Of a stretch of 64,000 bases of DNA, positions 1-11,170 are shown in pieces. This DNA is from Octopus bimaculoides (taxonomy: Eukaryota): the NCBI RefSeq assembly GCF_001194135.2, contig NC_068981.1, forward strand, positions 71,256,826 to 71,320,825. Direction: 5' to 3'. The position numbers were made by a program, and so were the translations under genes. Within the stretch, counting starts at the first letter, position 1. Each line of letters opens with the position of its first letter. Under the pieces are notes generated by a model that worked only from the letters and a program-made list of their open reading frames with translations, was not told the DNA's origin and did no database searches.

Positions 1-239
1 TTAGGCGCCAGTAAGAGCCACTGAAGAGCATTAATGTAAATGCAAAATCACTGGTGATCTGGTTATGTCCGATGCTCAGGGAGCTTGCCTCCCTTGTCAG
101 TCATTAAAATAGTGCTATGAGTTGTTTTGAATCTTCTTTCTAGCAATACCGGTGCTGAGTTGTGTTTGTTTGCTTCAATTACATATATTTGCCTTTCAGT
201 TGAAGAATTGCTAATAAGCAACACTTATATATATATATA

Positions 240-580
240 TATTCGAACTTTTTTCGAACAAAGAAAAATCAAACAGAGAAACGAGACATGCAACATAAAG
301 AGTATACCCCTCCGTCAGTTGTCCCTGTTCCATCTACTCCGCGTTTCGAAGACAAGGACCTCTTTGACCCTCTCGTCGCTGACACGTGACGAAAGGGGAT
401 CTCTCTTTCTGTCCACTGCCTTCCTATAGAAAAGACGTGTTTTTTTCTGTCTCTTCTCTCATGCACGTCTAACTAGCGTTCATAATAATTTTTCTATCAT
501 CTTGCGTTAACAGCCTTCACCGTTTGTTTTTACTGTCTTGTTCTGTTCGTGTTAACACTTTCACCCTCCGCAAAAAATTC
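240..580. mobile_element. Non-coding interspersed repeat family P1 (Penelope-like terminal-repeat relic), copy 1
   Basis: About 250-350 is the reverse-complement homolog of 5190-5320 and 505-570 matches 5095-5160 directly, so the copy has an internal inversion; it starts at a (TA)n tract. Confidence 0.45.
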
Positions 581-584
581 CATT

Positions 585-790
585 ACTCGCCATTACTCCT
601 GCTCTTACAACCACTAAAACTAATACTACCAATTTACTGCTACTAATACTGTTGCTACTATAGTTGTTACTATTGCTGCAATGACTACCAGTGCTTTCAA
701 AACTACCATTACTACTGCTGCTGCTGCTGTTGTCGCTGTTGCCGCTGCTGCAAGTATTACTGTTGTCGTTGTTGTTACTGCTACTACTAA
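585..790. repeat. Compound degenerate trinucleotide microsatellite (ACT/GCT/GTT)
   Basis: Visible runs of act/gct/gtt units; source of the low-complexity ORF 681..878. Confidence 0.8.
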
Positions 791-1039
791 CCGGTCAGAG
801 TGGTTTCTTTTGTTTTGTTTCTGTTTAATTTCTTCTTCTCTTGTTCTTCATAACGTAATCCTTTTCAACCGAGCGTAGAAGCTTTCATCTGATTTGGTTG
901 TTGTCTCACCATACCATGTGATTTTACTCCAACTTCCGGACCTTGGGTTCCTTTAATAGCAACCACTCTGTTGCAAGTATCCAAACCTGGACATTGGATT
1001 GGGTATTTCCTTGACCTATTCACTCACTGTTACCCACTA

Positions 1040-1900
1040 TCCTTTCCCATGAAGTGGAAAGTTTAGTCCTATTTCCGCTTCTCCAACATCCGATGTCCTT
1101 TCTCCAGCAGGGATTCGCACGTCACCTCTTACTCTTACTTGAACCACATAACGTACTTCTCTCTGAAACGCAAATTTTTCAACCCTTCTCCACAAGCTGT
1201 CTTCGCTGGCCAGGGTACAACATCTATTCAAACTTCTCTCCTAAATATGATGTCAGCACATCCGTACACCCCACTCTCTCACCTTTCAGTGTAATAACGA
1301 CTTTCAGCTTTTCTAGCTCAAATTCATTCTCCCCATTCTCCCAAATACGTTTGCTCCCTCTTTTATTTTCCTAATTCTCTAAGCCATCAGAAATTCTTTA
1401 AATACATCTCCTTCCGTGTTGAGAATATATATCTCATCTCTCTTTTGTCTGAAGTCATTGTCCTTGCTAACTTCATTACTCATAACTCGTAGCTCTCACA
1501 CTCATCTCATCCTCATTCTGCCGATGTGGGGTCCGAAACTTTTGCTACTGTTAGCTCGTTATACCAACTTATTTCAACCGCTACTCGCATTCCAGATCGT
1601 AATACAAACACCACAAACACCCTTGATGTTTATTTTCTCTCTTCTAAATCTAACAGCCACAAAACCATAACTGTCTCTGACCCTGGTGAGTCATCTCAAC
1701 ACACAACTACTTACTACACAACATCACGATCCCCTTGGACCCATAGCATTCCAAGTAACCAATTGATCAGAGCTCCGCCAGTTGTAAGCCACACGACTCT
1801 AGTAGCAAATGCTCTTTACTCCTAATTCATCTGAAAGAGCTCAATAGGTGACTCGAGTCGTACTTTCATATCCCCCACTCTACAAAAACCTAATGTCTCA
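1040..1900 (+). mobile_element. Decayed CR1-group LINE, APE endonuclease region
   Basis: Frame-broken peptides HNVLLSETQI, PGYNIYSNF and YQLISTATRIPDRNTNTTNTLDV resemble the APE motifs (SETxx ... TRIPDR..LD) of CR1-group LINEs. Confidence 0.55.
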
Positions 1901-2870
1901 AGTTCAACAAGCTTTTTGCTCCTAATTTTGCTGCAGTTGTTCGGGCAACAAGCAATTTATTATGTTCAATATAGTGATTAGAGAGAAAATTAACAAAGTG
2001 CGATACTCGGAATGGCAGGTTCATCTTACTTGAATCTATGTCTCAGGTTGATAAATCAGGATTTGGTTTTGGGCCTAATCTACAGGTTTTCCAATATCAA
2101 ACTGATTTCACATAGGTGATAAAATGATAGAATAGTTAGAACCCGGACGAAATGGCTCAAGGCACTCGTTTCGGCTTTTTACATTTTTGAGTTGAAATCC
2201 AGGCTTCGTGAAGTTTGCCTTTCATCCTTCCAGGGATCTCAAATACAAAGATCGATACAACTGACTGTTTCATATTCCCAAAATTCTGCCTAGGTGTGTA
2301 TATTAGGAAATATAATTATTATTATATAGTTTGTTGTTGTTGCCACTGTTACTGGTTTTATTTTAGTAAAGNNNNNNNNNNNNNNNNNNNNNNNNNNNNN
2401 NNNNNNNNNNNNNNNNNNNNNNNNNNNNNNNNNNNNNNNNNNNNNNNNNNNNNNNNNNNNNNNNNNNNNNNNNNNNNNNNNNNNNNNNNNNNNNNNNNNN
2501 NNNNNNNNNNNNNNNNNNNNNNNNNNNNNNNNNNNNNNNNNNNNNNNNNNNNNNNNNNNNNNNNNNNNNNNNNNNNNNNNNNNNNNNNNNNNNNNNNNNN
2601 NNNNNNNNNNNNNNNNNNNNNNNNNNNNNNNNNNNNNNNNNNNNNNNNNNNNNNNNNNNNNNNNNNNNNNNNNNNNNNNNNNNNNNNNNNNNNNNNNNNN
2701 NNNNNNNNNNNNNNNNNNNNNNNNNNNNNNCATATTAACTGTTTCATTTTTTTCCGTTTTCCATTATCTCTCAGATTTTGTGTTTATAAGTAGCTGTTCT
2801 GTAATATGTATTTATAATATGACTTTTGTGCTTACATAAGGATATATTTCATATCTCTAGATGCTAATGT

Positions 2871-2920
2871 GCGTCTCTCTCTCTTTCTCTCTCTTTCTCT
2901 CTCTCTCTCTCTCTCGCTCT

Positions 2921-2973
<53 letters not shown>

Positions 2974-2980
2974 GAGAGAA
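2871..2980. repeat. Compound (CT)n(CA)n(TA)n(GA)n microsatellite
   Basis: Direct reading. Confidence 0.9.
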
Positions 2981-3130
2981 TATGGAAGTTTAGTCCACTG
3001 GTGATCTAAACGAATAGGTACGCTGGGTAGGTGCTGTAACGGATTTTCAGGGTTCCAAGCTCGTAATTGAGACGGGAGCTGTCCATCCATTTCAAGTTCC
3101 CTATTTAGCAGATATATATTTGTGAAAGAG

Positions 3131-3620
3131 GACATATATATAATACAAAATGGGACAAGAACGCAAAAAAACCAGAAGTTAGGTGATACATGAAAGGGAC
3201 AACAAGACATCCAGATGGACGATGCAAAGAAAACAAGGACAGGTCATTCGGAGTTTTCCTTCCTCAGTCGAGATCCAGATTATCTTTGCACTTTATTTTT
3301 ATTGGATTTGTGTAACATTGTATGTTTTTTCCGTCCTTGTTTTTGTATATTTTCGCTGCTTTCTTCCAAGGAATCTAATGCTCATAGCTTAGTTTTTCCT
3401 TGGGGCTGGCCAGATTGGAGCAATATCGAGAATAACCAGCCGAAATTGCAAAGATAATCTGGATCTCGATTGAGGAAAGAAAACTCCGAATGACCCGTCC
3501 TTGTTTTCTTTGTATCATCTATCTGGATGTTTTGTTGTCCCTTTCTTGTATCACCTAACTGTCTGGATGTTTTGCGTTCTTGTCCCATTTTGTATTATAT
3601 ATATATATATATATATATAT
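3131..3620. mobile_element. Interspersed repeat family C, tail-to-tail inverted pair within (TA)n
   Basis: 3141-3290 is the reverse complement of about 3445-3598 (taatacaaaatgggacaagaacgc...); the same family occurs at 28035-28206 and 29560-30050. Confidence 0.7.
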
Positions 3621-3977
3621 AGCGGCGTACGTACACTTTGTCTCTTATATATNNNNNNNNNNNNNNNNNNNNNNNNNNNNNNNNNNNNNNNNNNNNNNNN
3701 NNNNNNNNNNNNNNNNNNNNNNNNNNNNNNNNNNNNNNNNNNNNNNNNNNNNNNNNNNNNNNNNNNNNNNNNNNNNNNNNNNNNNNNNNNNNNNNNNNNN
3801 NNNNNNNNNNNNNNNNNNNNNNNNNNNNNNNNNNNNNNNNNNNNNNNNNNNNNNNNNNNNNNNNNNNNNNNNNNNNNNNNNNNNNNNNNNNNNNNNNNNN
3901 NNNNNNNNNNNNNNNNNNNNNNNNNNNNNNNNNNNNNNNNNNNNNNNNNNNNNNNNNNNNNNNNNNNNNNNNNNNNN

Positions 3978-4290
3978 AGTAACCGGGGGCCCTGCCTATC
4001 TGTCTTATCTAAGTCTATCGTACACGTCACAAGTTTGTGATCCGTGTAGCTGACTATGTGAAATTGTGGACACCCTATGCTATCTTTATCTACTCTCCTA
4101 CACAATACTCTATCTAGATACGATCTCGACGACCCGATGCGGTTACTCCATGTCCACATTGACGCATTTGGGTGGTTGAGTCGGTACTTGTCAGACAGTT
4201 GAAAGCGTCTGAGCAGGTCTCTGAAGCATTTGCATCCCCGTCTATTCCTATCTCTGCCCACGTAGTCTAGATGCGTGTCCAAGGTAACAT
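3978..4290 (-). mobile_element. Tx1/L1-clade LINE fragment, C-terminal APE endonuclease
   Basis: ORF 3551..4282 peptide WTWSNRIGSSRSYLDRVLC...SYTDHKLV (TW...LDR...DH motifs). Confidence 0.75.
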
Positions 4291-4425
4291 TCTAATCTCC
4301 CACTAAAAGTAAAGGACGAGACGTTCCTAGGAATACTTCTAGACGTCGAAAGAAATACGGCTGACCTGTTAAAGGCGGTGCATAGACTGATAGGAGTCGA
4401 AAAACATACCCATTGCTGCCGTCAG

Positions 4426-4427
<2 letters not shown>

Positions 4428-4471
<44 letters not shown>

Positions 4472-4472
4472 T

Positions 4473-4527
<55 letters not shown>
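4428..4527. repeat. (GATA)n tetranucleotide array
   Basis: Direct reading. Confidence 0.95.
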
Positions 4528-4528
<1 letters not shown>

Positions 4529-4824
4529 CAATTGCCGCGTGGAAGGTGTTTATAAGCAATTTAAGAAACACACAAAAACCGTTAGATTCACTTCAACATT
4601 TAAATTTAATTTGCCAAAATATTTTCGTCATCTTGAGACCGCGACCTCTTCACTGACAAATTTCCATGCAGCACAGGTCGCGGTCTCAAAATTCCGTGCA
4701 GCAAAGGTCGCTGTCTCAAAGCGACGAAAATATTTTAGCAAATTAAATCTAAATGTTGAAGTGAATTTAACGTTTTATGTGTGTTTCTTAATTGGTTTAT
4801 AAACACCTTCCACGCTGCAATTGT
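4528..4824. mobile_element. Palindromic MITE-like element with long terminal inverted repeats
   Basis: acaattgccgcgtggaaggtgtttataa at the left end versus ttataaacaccttccacgctgcaattgt at the right end; complementarity continues about 120 nt inward; non-coding. Confidence 0.75.
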
Positions 4825-4959
4825 TTTCGTTCCAGCACACGATCTCAGATCAGGTCACTTGCTATGCAAGTACATCTCCGTGATAGATAGATAAAACTTA
4901 CTTGGAAAAAGTTGCGTGGCGTTCGATCATATACTAATATAAATAATATATAAATATAT

Positions 4960-5440
4960 GCATATATACATACATATATGAACATACCTACATATATATG
5001 TATATATACATGCATATATGGGTACAGGACGTCAAAAACAAAAAAAAACGTAGACAGAATGAGAAACGAGAACATAAAAAACAAAAACATAGCTCTCACC
5101 GTTTGTTTTTACTGTTTTGTTCTCACTGTCCTGTTTTTGTTACCACTTTTCACCCAAATTTTATTTAATTTGCTTTGCTTTTAACGAAGTCGCGTCCTGT
5201 CCATACCTTCGAAATGCGGAGTAGATAAAACAGGGGACAACTGATGAAGGGAATTTCTTTATGTTGCATTCTCGCTTCTCAGTTTATCTGTGTTTTTTCG
5301 TTGTTCGAAAAAAGTTTTCTATGCTTTTTGTTTTTTATGTTCTCGTTTCTCATTCTGTCTACGTTTTTTTATGTCCTGTACTCATATACGCAGGTATATA
5401 TACATATATATGTAGGCATGTATGTTTATATGCATATTAC
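4960..5440. mobile_element. Repeat family P1, copy 2, with inverted arms
   Basis: About 4975-5092 is the reverse complement of about 5319-5435; the centre is homologous to 250-570. Confidence 0.55.
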
Positions 5441-5447
5441 TTATTAA

Positions 5448-5481
<34 letters not shown>

Positions 5482-5782
5482 TATATACTGCCAATTAAAA
5501 TATTTGAGCTATTGAAAATATAACTATACTGGAAATGGCATTATACGTGCAGATATTAAAATAAACATCCGTATGATTCTCCAGAATTTAAGATCTCAAA
5601 ATTTCACATGTTCATACTCCACCATCAATGGAAAGAGAACTTACTATCATACATATAAAATTTATTCAATGAGAATAAATATAATTGAAGTACTGTTGTT
5701 AGCTGGTTTATTTCTTAAGAAGCAGAGTGTTTGATATTTATCACCTTCATTGAGGAGTTAACTATTACTGTTTTACTGTTTT

Positions 5783-6185
5783 ACTTGTTTCAGTCATTTG
5801 GCTGCGGCCATGCTGGAGCACCGCCTTTTTAGTCGAGCAAATCGACCCCAGGACTTATTCTTTGTAAGCCTTGTACTTATTCTATCGGTCTCTTTTGCCG
5901 AACCGCTAAGTGACTGGGACTTAAACACTGCAGCATCGGTTGTCAAGCGATGTAGGGGTGGGGTGGGCAAACACAGACACACAAACATATATATATATAT
6001 ATATATACATACACATATATACGACGGGCTTCTTTCAGTTTCCGTCTACCAATACCACTCACAAGGCTTTGGTCGGCCTGAGGCTATAGTAGAAGACACT
6101 TGCCCAAGGTGCCACGCAGTGGGACTGAACCCGGAATCATGTGGTTCGTAAGCAAGCTACTTACCACACAGCTACTCCTGCGCTT
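5783..6185 (-). mobile_element. tRNA-derived SINE family A (octopus-type, internal microsatellite)
   Basis: Full-length reverse complement of the family A copies at 32441, 37780 and 62795. Confidence 0.85.
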
Positions 6186-6252
6186 ATGGAAGTAAATCAT
6201 ATAATATATACTATGTAACAGTGCGGATGTTATGTATGTGCATGCGCACGTG

Positions 6253-6322
<70 letters not shown>

Positions 6323-6659
6323 NNNNNNNNNNNNNNNNNNNNNNNNNNNNNNNNNNNNNNNNNNNNNNNNNNNNNNNNNNNNNNNNNNNNNNNNNNNNNN
6401 NNNNNNNNNNNNNNNNNNNNNNNNNNNNNNNNNNNNNNNNNNNNNNNNNNNNNNNNNNNNNNNNNNNNNNNNNNNNNNNNNNNNNNNNNNNNNNNNNNNN
6501 NNNNNNNNNNNNNNNNNNNNNNNNNNNNNNNNNNNNNNNNNNNNNNNNNNNNNNNNNNNNNNNNNNNNNNNNNNNNNNNNNNNNNNNNNNNNNNNNNNNN
6601 NNNNNNNNNNNNNNNNNNNNNNNNNNNNNNNNNNNNNNNNNNNNNNNNNNNNNNNNNNN

Positions 6660-6980
6660 CCTGCTCGTGAAATTAACGTGCAAGTGGCTGAGCACTCTAT
6701 AGACACGTGTACCCTTAACGTAGTTCTCGGGGATATTCAGCGTGACACAGTGTGACACGGCTGACCCTTTGAATTACAGGCACAACAGAAACAAGAAGAA
6801 AGAGTGAGAGAAAGTTGTGGTGAAAGAGTACAGCAGGGTTCGCCACCATACCTTGCCGGAGCCTTGTGGAGCTTCAGGTGTTTTCGCTCAATAAACACTC
6901 ACAACGCCCGGTCTGGGAATCGAAACCGCGATCCTATGACCGCGAGTCTGCTGCCCTAACCACTGGGCCATTGCGCCTCC
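6660..6980 (-). mobile_element. tRNA-derived SINE family D
   Basis: Reverse complement of 41363-41700, including the Pol III A and B boxes. Confidence 0.85.
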
Positions 6981-8344
6981 ATGGTATATGCAGTAAAGCG
7001 GTGAATAAAAGTACTCTCCAATATTTAGTTACGTCTCTTTATGTTATAATATCTCTTTATGTTATAATATCAAATTTTGGTTGTGTTGAAATTAATTTTC
7101 ATCCTTCAGGTTAAAGTTTTCATCCTTCAATAAAATAAGTACCTTTGAAGTACGTGGACAGTCTAAAAAAACAAAACTGCAGGTTCTTCCCCAAATGTTT
7201 ATAAATACCTGTCATTTTTCATGAGTGGTGAGAAGGGGATTCCGAAAGCGTTATTAAAGATTTTCTCTGCACCAAAGTGTCATCTTTATTTCCCTTTATG
7301 TACGTTTGCATGTAATCTGAAATATTTAGTAGTACTATTTTCTATATGTTGTATATGTATACAAGTCCTAAAAGTTTGTTTTGTTATTCAGATAATTCCT
7401 CTCATATTGTTAGATTAATATTGCTATCGTTTAATATGTTCATAAAAAGGTAATGTTCTCGTGATGGTTTTAAAGAACATTGCATGGGCCATTTGTCTAC
7501 ATGACCTGACAATTCACACAGTGTGATTATTTCGTCACTTTCCGCAACCTTTCTCTAATATGTGCTTCAATCACTTCCTTCCTGTTGATATAATTCTAGA
7601 TTAGCTGCCACTAAGTTTAAACTCTGCTCGATTTTGCTGAGATTGGGCTACTAGAGACAATGACAGAATGCTTTTTACAGTTCACATGTATACAGTTTCT
7701 TTTAATACTCAGTTTCATTATATGAGTTAATACTTTGTGAGTCACTATAAGAAAAATTCTTCAGTATCAGTTTTAGTTCTGGAATTTCCACCCCCTGTTG
7801 ATATTTCTTTTTCAAATCTTTCTCAATTTCACGAGAAACGACCATACTTGTGAATGTGCCTGTCAATATATTTCTATATTTTGTACTCGTTTCTTTTTAG
7901 ATGATGCTTTCAAACGTTCTTGTCTGTTATCTCAGAAACTGATTTATGTATGTTGACCCACGTAGAGATGGTAAATGGTTTTCTGGTCATTGCCTGTAAC
8001 AACCAGTTGTAGTTTCCCCTTATACATTACTAAATATTTTACCGGTACAGTGAATATTTTTTAATAATTGTTTTAGAGAAGGCCTCTGCCTTTTTATTCC
8101 CATGATAATTACAATTTGTCTGTATCAGCATTTCGGTGGTACCTGTTAATATTTTCTGTTTTTCTATATAGTATGGTTTATTTACTTAACTTTCAGTCGA
8201 AAAGGTCATTGCAGGAGCTTACATAATCTATTAAGAACTCTAGGGAAATATTTTTAATATTCAGATCGGCTTTTTGTTATATTTCTACTGCTTATAAATA
8301 AAGTATATATATATATATATAAGGATAAGCATATTAAAAGGGGT

Positions 8345-8410
8345 TCGTGGGAAACTCATTTAAAGTAAAGGGTTGGAAACCACTATGAAAAGGTTGGTAA
8401 TCACTGGCTT
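8345..8410. mobile_element. Possible hAT-type MITE terminus remnants
   Basis: Two tandem motifs, aagggttggaaaccacta and aaaggttggtaatcactg, resemble hAT-Charlie right ends (aggttgggaaccactg). Confidence 0.3.
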
Positions 8411-8599
8411 TGTGTATTGGAAGCCATACGCAGAAATTTATTAACTGATTAAAACTTCCCTATCAGTGAAAGAAAAATTTTGCAGCAATTATTGGCGGCT
8501 CCATTTCTCTCCAAGAGAGAATTTTCAATTAATTAAGAATGTTTCAGCGTTCAGCATTCGGCCCTGGATTGAAATACAGTGGACTCCGCTGAAGGATCT

Positions 8600-8760
8600 C
8601 AAGGTGACAAGAGGTGGTTTCAAATCGAGTGATGGATTAAATGTACCACTTAAGTGTCAGAATTAATCCATCTGGTTATCGATGGAATTGAACTCAGCAG
8701 GCTGAGAGAAATATCGTAAGGCATCCGGTCTGATGTTCTTACAGATTCGCCAATTCATTC
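8600..8760 (-). mobile_element. Diverged SINE family B copy
   Basis: ggaattgaactcagc...gaaatatcgtaaggcat...gattcgccaattc parallels the reverse-strand family B head. Confidence 0.45.
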
Positions 8761-9502
8761 TTGGCCTCAGAAGTAAAGCAGACAAGTTCATGTTATTCAT
8801 CTAAGTTATTTCCCATGATTCATTTTATTTTTAACTATACCAATTATTCTTGTAAAAAAATATTCCTAACTCTTTTAGTGTTTATAAAACCTCTCTACTG
8901 ATTAGCCGACTGGTTTAAAATGTGCTATGCTGATGAAATTTAATAAATGAAAATATTCCCATCGTTGTTCTGTACCTGCAAAAAGTAAGTTTGTCCGTTT
9001 GCTAAGCATATAAATTAACTTGAGAAATAATTTCGTTGAAAATTTTACTAAGAGGAAACATTCAGTTATTTATAAATATTTTACCTTCGGCATTATGATT
9101 CAACTTAATTATTTAATTATTTACAGCTGCTACAAAATAATGTCAAATATTTTAGCCAGCAGTATTGCACTTTATTATTTATTAGTGCCTTTTGGTTATA
9201 TTATCTGGTTACTTGATTAGTTCTTGAGTTCTTTTCTGGTATTGCAATCGTTGTTTTCTCAATTTTGCCAATAGAAATTTATCAGTTAGCACTTAGCCTA
9301 CACAACAGCCTCCTGCTCACCCAGTTTACGCTACATTTATTGCCATTTTGATTTTACCTAATACTTGATTAAAATGTTTTGGGATAGAGACAAGCTATTT
9401 GTTCTATTTCTAAAGAACCTGCCACTTTTCATAACTTTTTTTGTAATCTAATGAAGATGACATTGACATTCTCGTTTTCTTTTTGTTTCATTTGTTATCT
9501 GT

Positions 9503-9720
9503 ATATCTATAAAAAGCAGGATGTCTGTGAGTGTGTACGTGAATGTAATTTATGCACGTCCACAAATTAGCACGCATGTCGCTCCAATTTTAGGAGGACA
9601 TTTGTCATGACTCTAGCTGGGTTTTGTCAATATATTTTTCACGAGGCACCCACGGATAGCGGTAAAAATCGATTTTCAACCATAACTTTTACCAATTTTA
9701 AAGTTTGCTAACATGAGTTA
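9503..9720 (+). mobile_element. Possible non-autonomous Helitron-like element 5' part
   Basis: Starts tatctataaaaagcaggatgtctgtgagtgtg, like TCTATA-headed non-autonomous Helitrons; shares the ttttaccaatttt motif with the 10869-11170 repeats; no 3' hairpin/CTAG end seen. Confidence 0.25.
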
Positions 9721-10329
9721 AGTCCCCTTCTTGCCATAGCGAAGTGAAAGTGCGTGTGTGTATGTGTGTGTAAGGGAGAGAGAAAAGTTGCGTGTTGATG
9801 TATCTGTGTGTGAGGGAGAGAGAGAGAGAGATAGAATGACAGCGTCTAACAAAAAATGTAAAGAGAAAGTGTATGTGAGGGAGAGAGAGAGAGAGTATGA
9901 CGGCGTCCAACAAAAATGTTATTATTTTGATATTATTAATAATATTTTTCTATCTTTATACAATAAGTATTTTATATAAATTCATTTGGTACTTATTGTT
10001 GGTTAATATATACATTTATTTATTATTATTATTGTTGTATTTTGACCTGAAGATTAGCTGTATTTTTGAATAGAATTGATTTTCGATAATTTTAGTCGAT
10101 TTTAATCGATTTAAATTTACTTTCTATTTGAAAATTAGTTATGAAACNNNNNNNNNNNNNNNNNNNNNNNNNNNNNNNNNNNNNNNNNNNNNNNNNNNNN
10201 NNNNNNNNNNNNNNNNNNNNNNNNNNNNNNNNNNNNNNNNNNNNNNNNNNNNNNNNNNNNNNNNNNNNNNNNNNNNNNNNNNNNNNNNNNNNNNNNNNNN
10301 NNNNNNNNNNNNNNNNNNNNNNNNNNNAT

Positions 10330-10760
10330 ATAATAGCGTGCAAACCTTCGATGCAACCTTCTCCAATGCAGATCTTCGATACAGATCTCCGAGGCAACCT
10401 TCTCCAATGCATATCTTCGATGCATCCTTCACCGATAGTACCCCTAGGAGGGGTTAGGACTAGATCGGGATTAGCTGCTGCCTTTTAGAGGCTCCCGAGC
10501 CCTCTTTCGCTAGGTTAGTGATCCTAACATAACCTCTTCTAACACAGAGGATCGGGAGCCTTTTTGAGCGTTCTATTTTCCTTGCCGGAAGGGCTCCTAA
10601 CCCATTGGCAAAGGGGGGTTAGATGATGGGGGTGGTTTCGAAAGGGCCAGCACGTGCAACCTGATCACTTCTGCCGGTCAAGCTCCCAACCCATGTGACC
10701 CCGTCGCGACACTGATTATGCAGAACTGGGTTGAGTACGAAAACCAACTTTAAAGTATAA
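10330..10760 (-). mobile_element. RTE-type LINE 5' leader (GC-rich, structured)
   Basis: Shares ordered motifs with the 5' end of the RTE element at 32330-32410 (gggc..cacgtgca and gct.ccaaccc); abuts an assembly gap. Confidence 0.5.
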
Positions 10761-10868
10761 ATATAGATTTTTTTGAATCAGCAATGTAGTGTTCGGTTAA
10801 GTCCTATTTGGGGTGGAAAAATCAATAAACTGATTCCTTATGGTGTTTTCCATTCAATCAGGATGAAA

Positions 10869-11170
10869 AATCGATAAACCGATCCCCTTATAAGATTTCC
10901 CACTAAAATTGGCTACACCCCATTTTCAATCACAGCTTTTACCAATTTTGACGTATTTTGTTCAAACTTGATGCCGGCGTTACTTAGGACTCACGAAATC
11001 TTTGAATGCTTTAAGTTCTCCAAAAAAAAAAAAGACAATCGATTTGTGGATAAATCGATAAACCGACTCCTTATAGGATTTCCCAATCAAATTGTCTGTA
11101 ACCCATTTTCAGCCAAACGTTTACCAATTTCGACGGATTTCGCTCAAATTTGACGCCGGTGTTACTTAGT
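10869..11170 (+). repeat. Diverged tandem repeat, period about 184 bp (one full unit plus about 120 bp), with a partial upstream unit
   Basis: aatcgataaaccga at 10869 and 11053; both blocks run to g(c/t)gttacttag; partial unit at about 10820. Confidence 0.7.

Noticed and set aside
1-125. Possible snoRNA or conserved non-coding element at the window start
   Set aside because: No convincing box C/D or H/ACA arrangement or terminal stem; truncated by the window edge
2215-2793. ORFs spanning N runs (also 3501, 6084, 10092, 23751, 42560, 46093)
   Set aside because: Their length comes from assembly gaps
10595-10603. cctaaccc as a telomerase RNA template within a structured region
   Set aside because: Only about 1.3 TTAGGG repeats, paired with its own complement at 10451, and the region shares motifs with an RTE 5' leader
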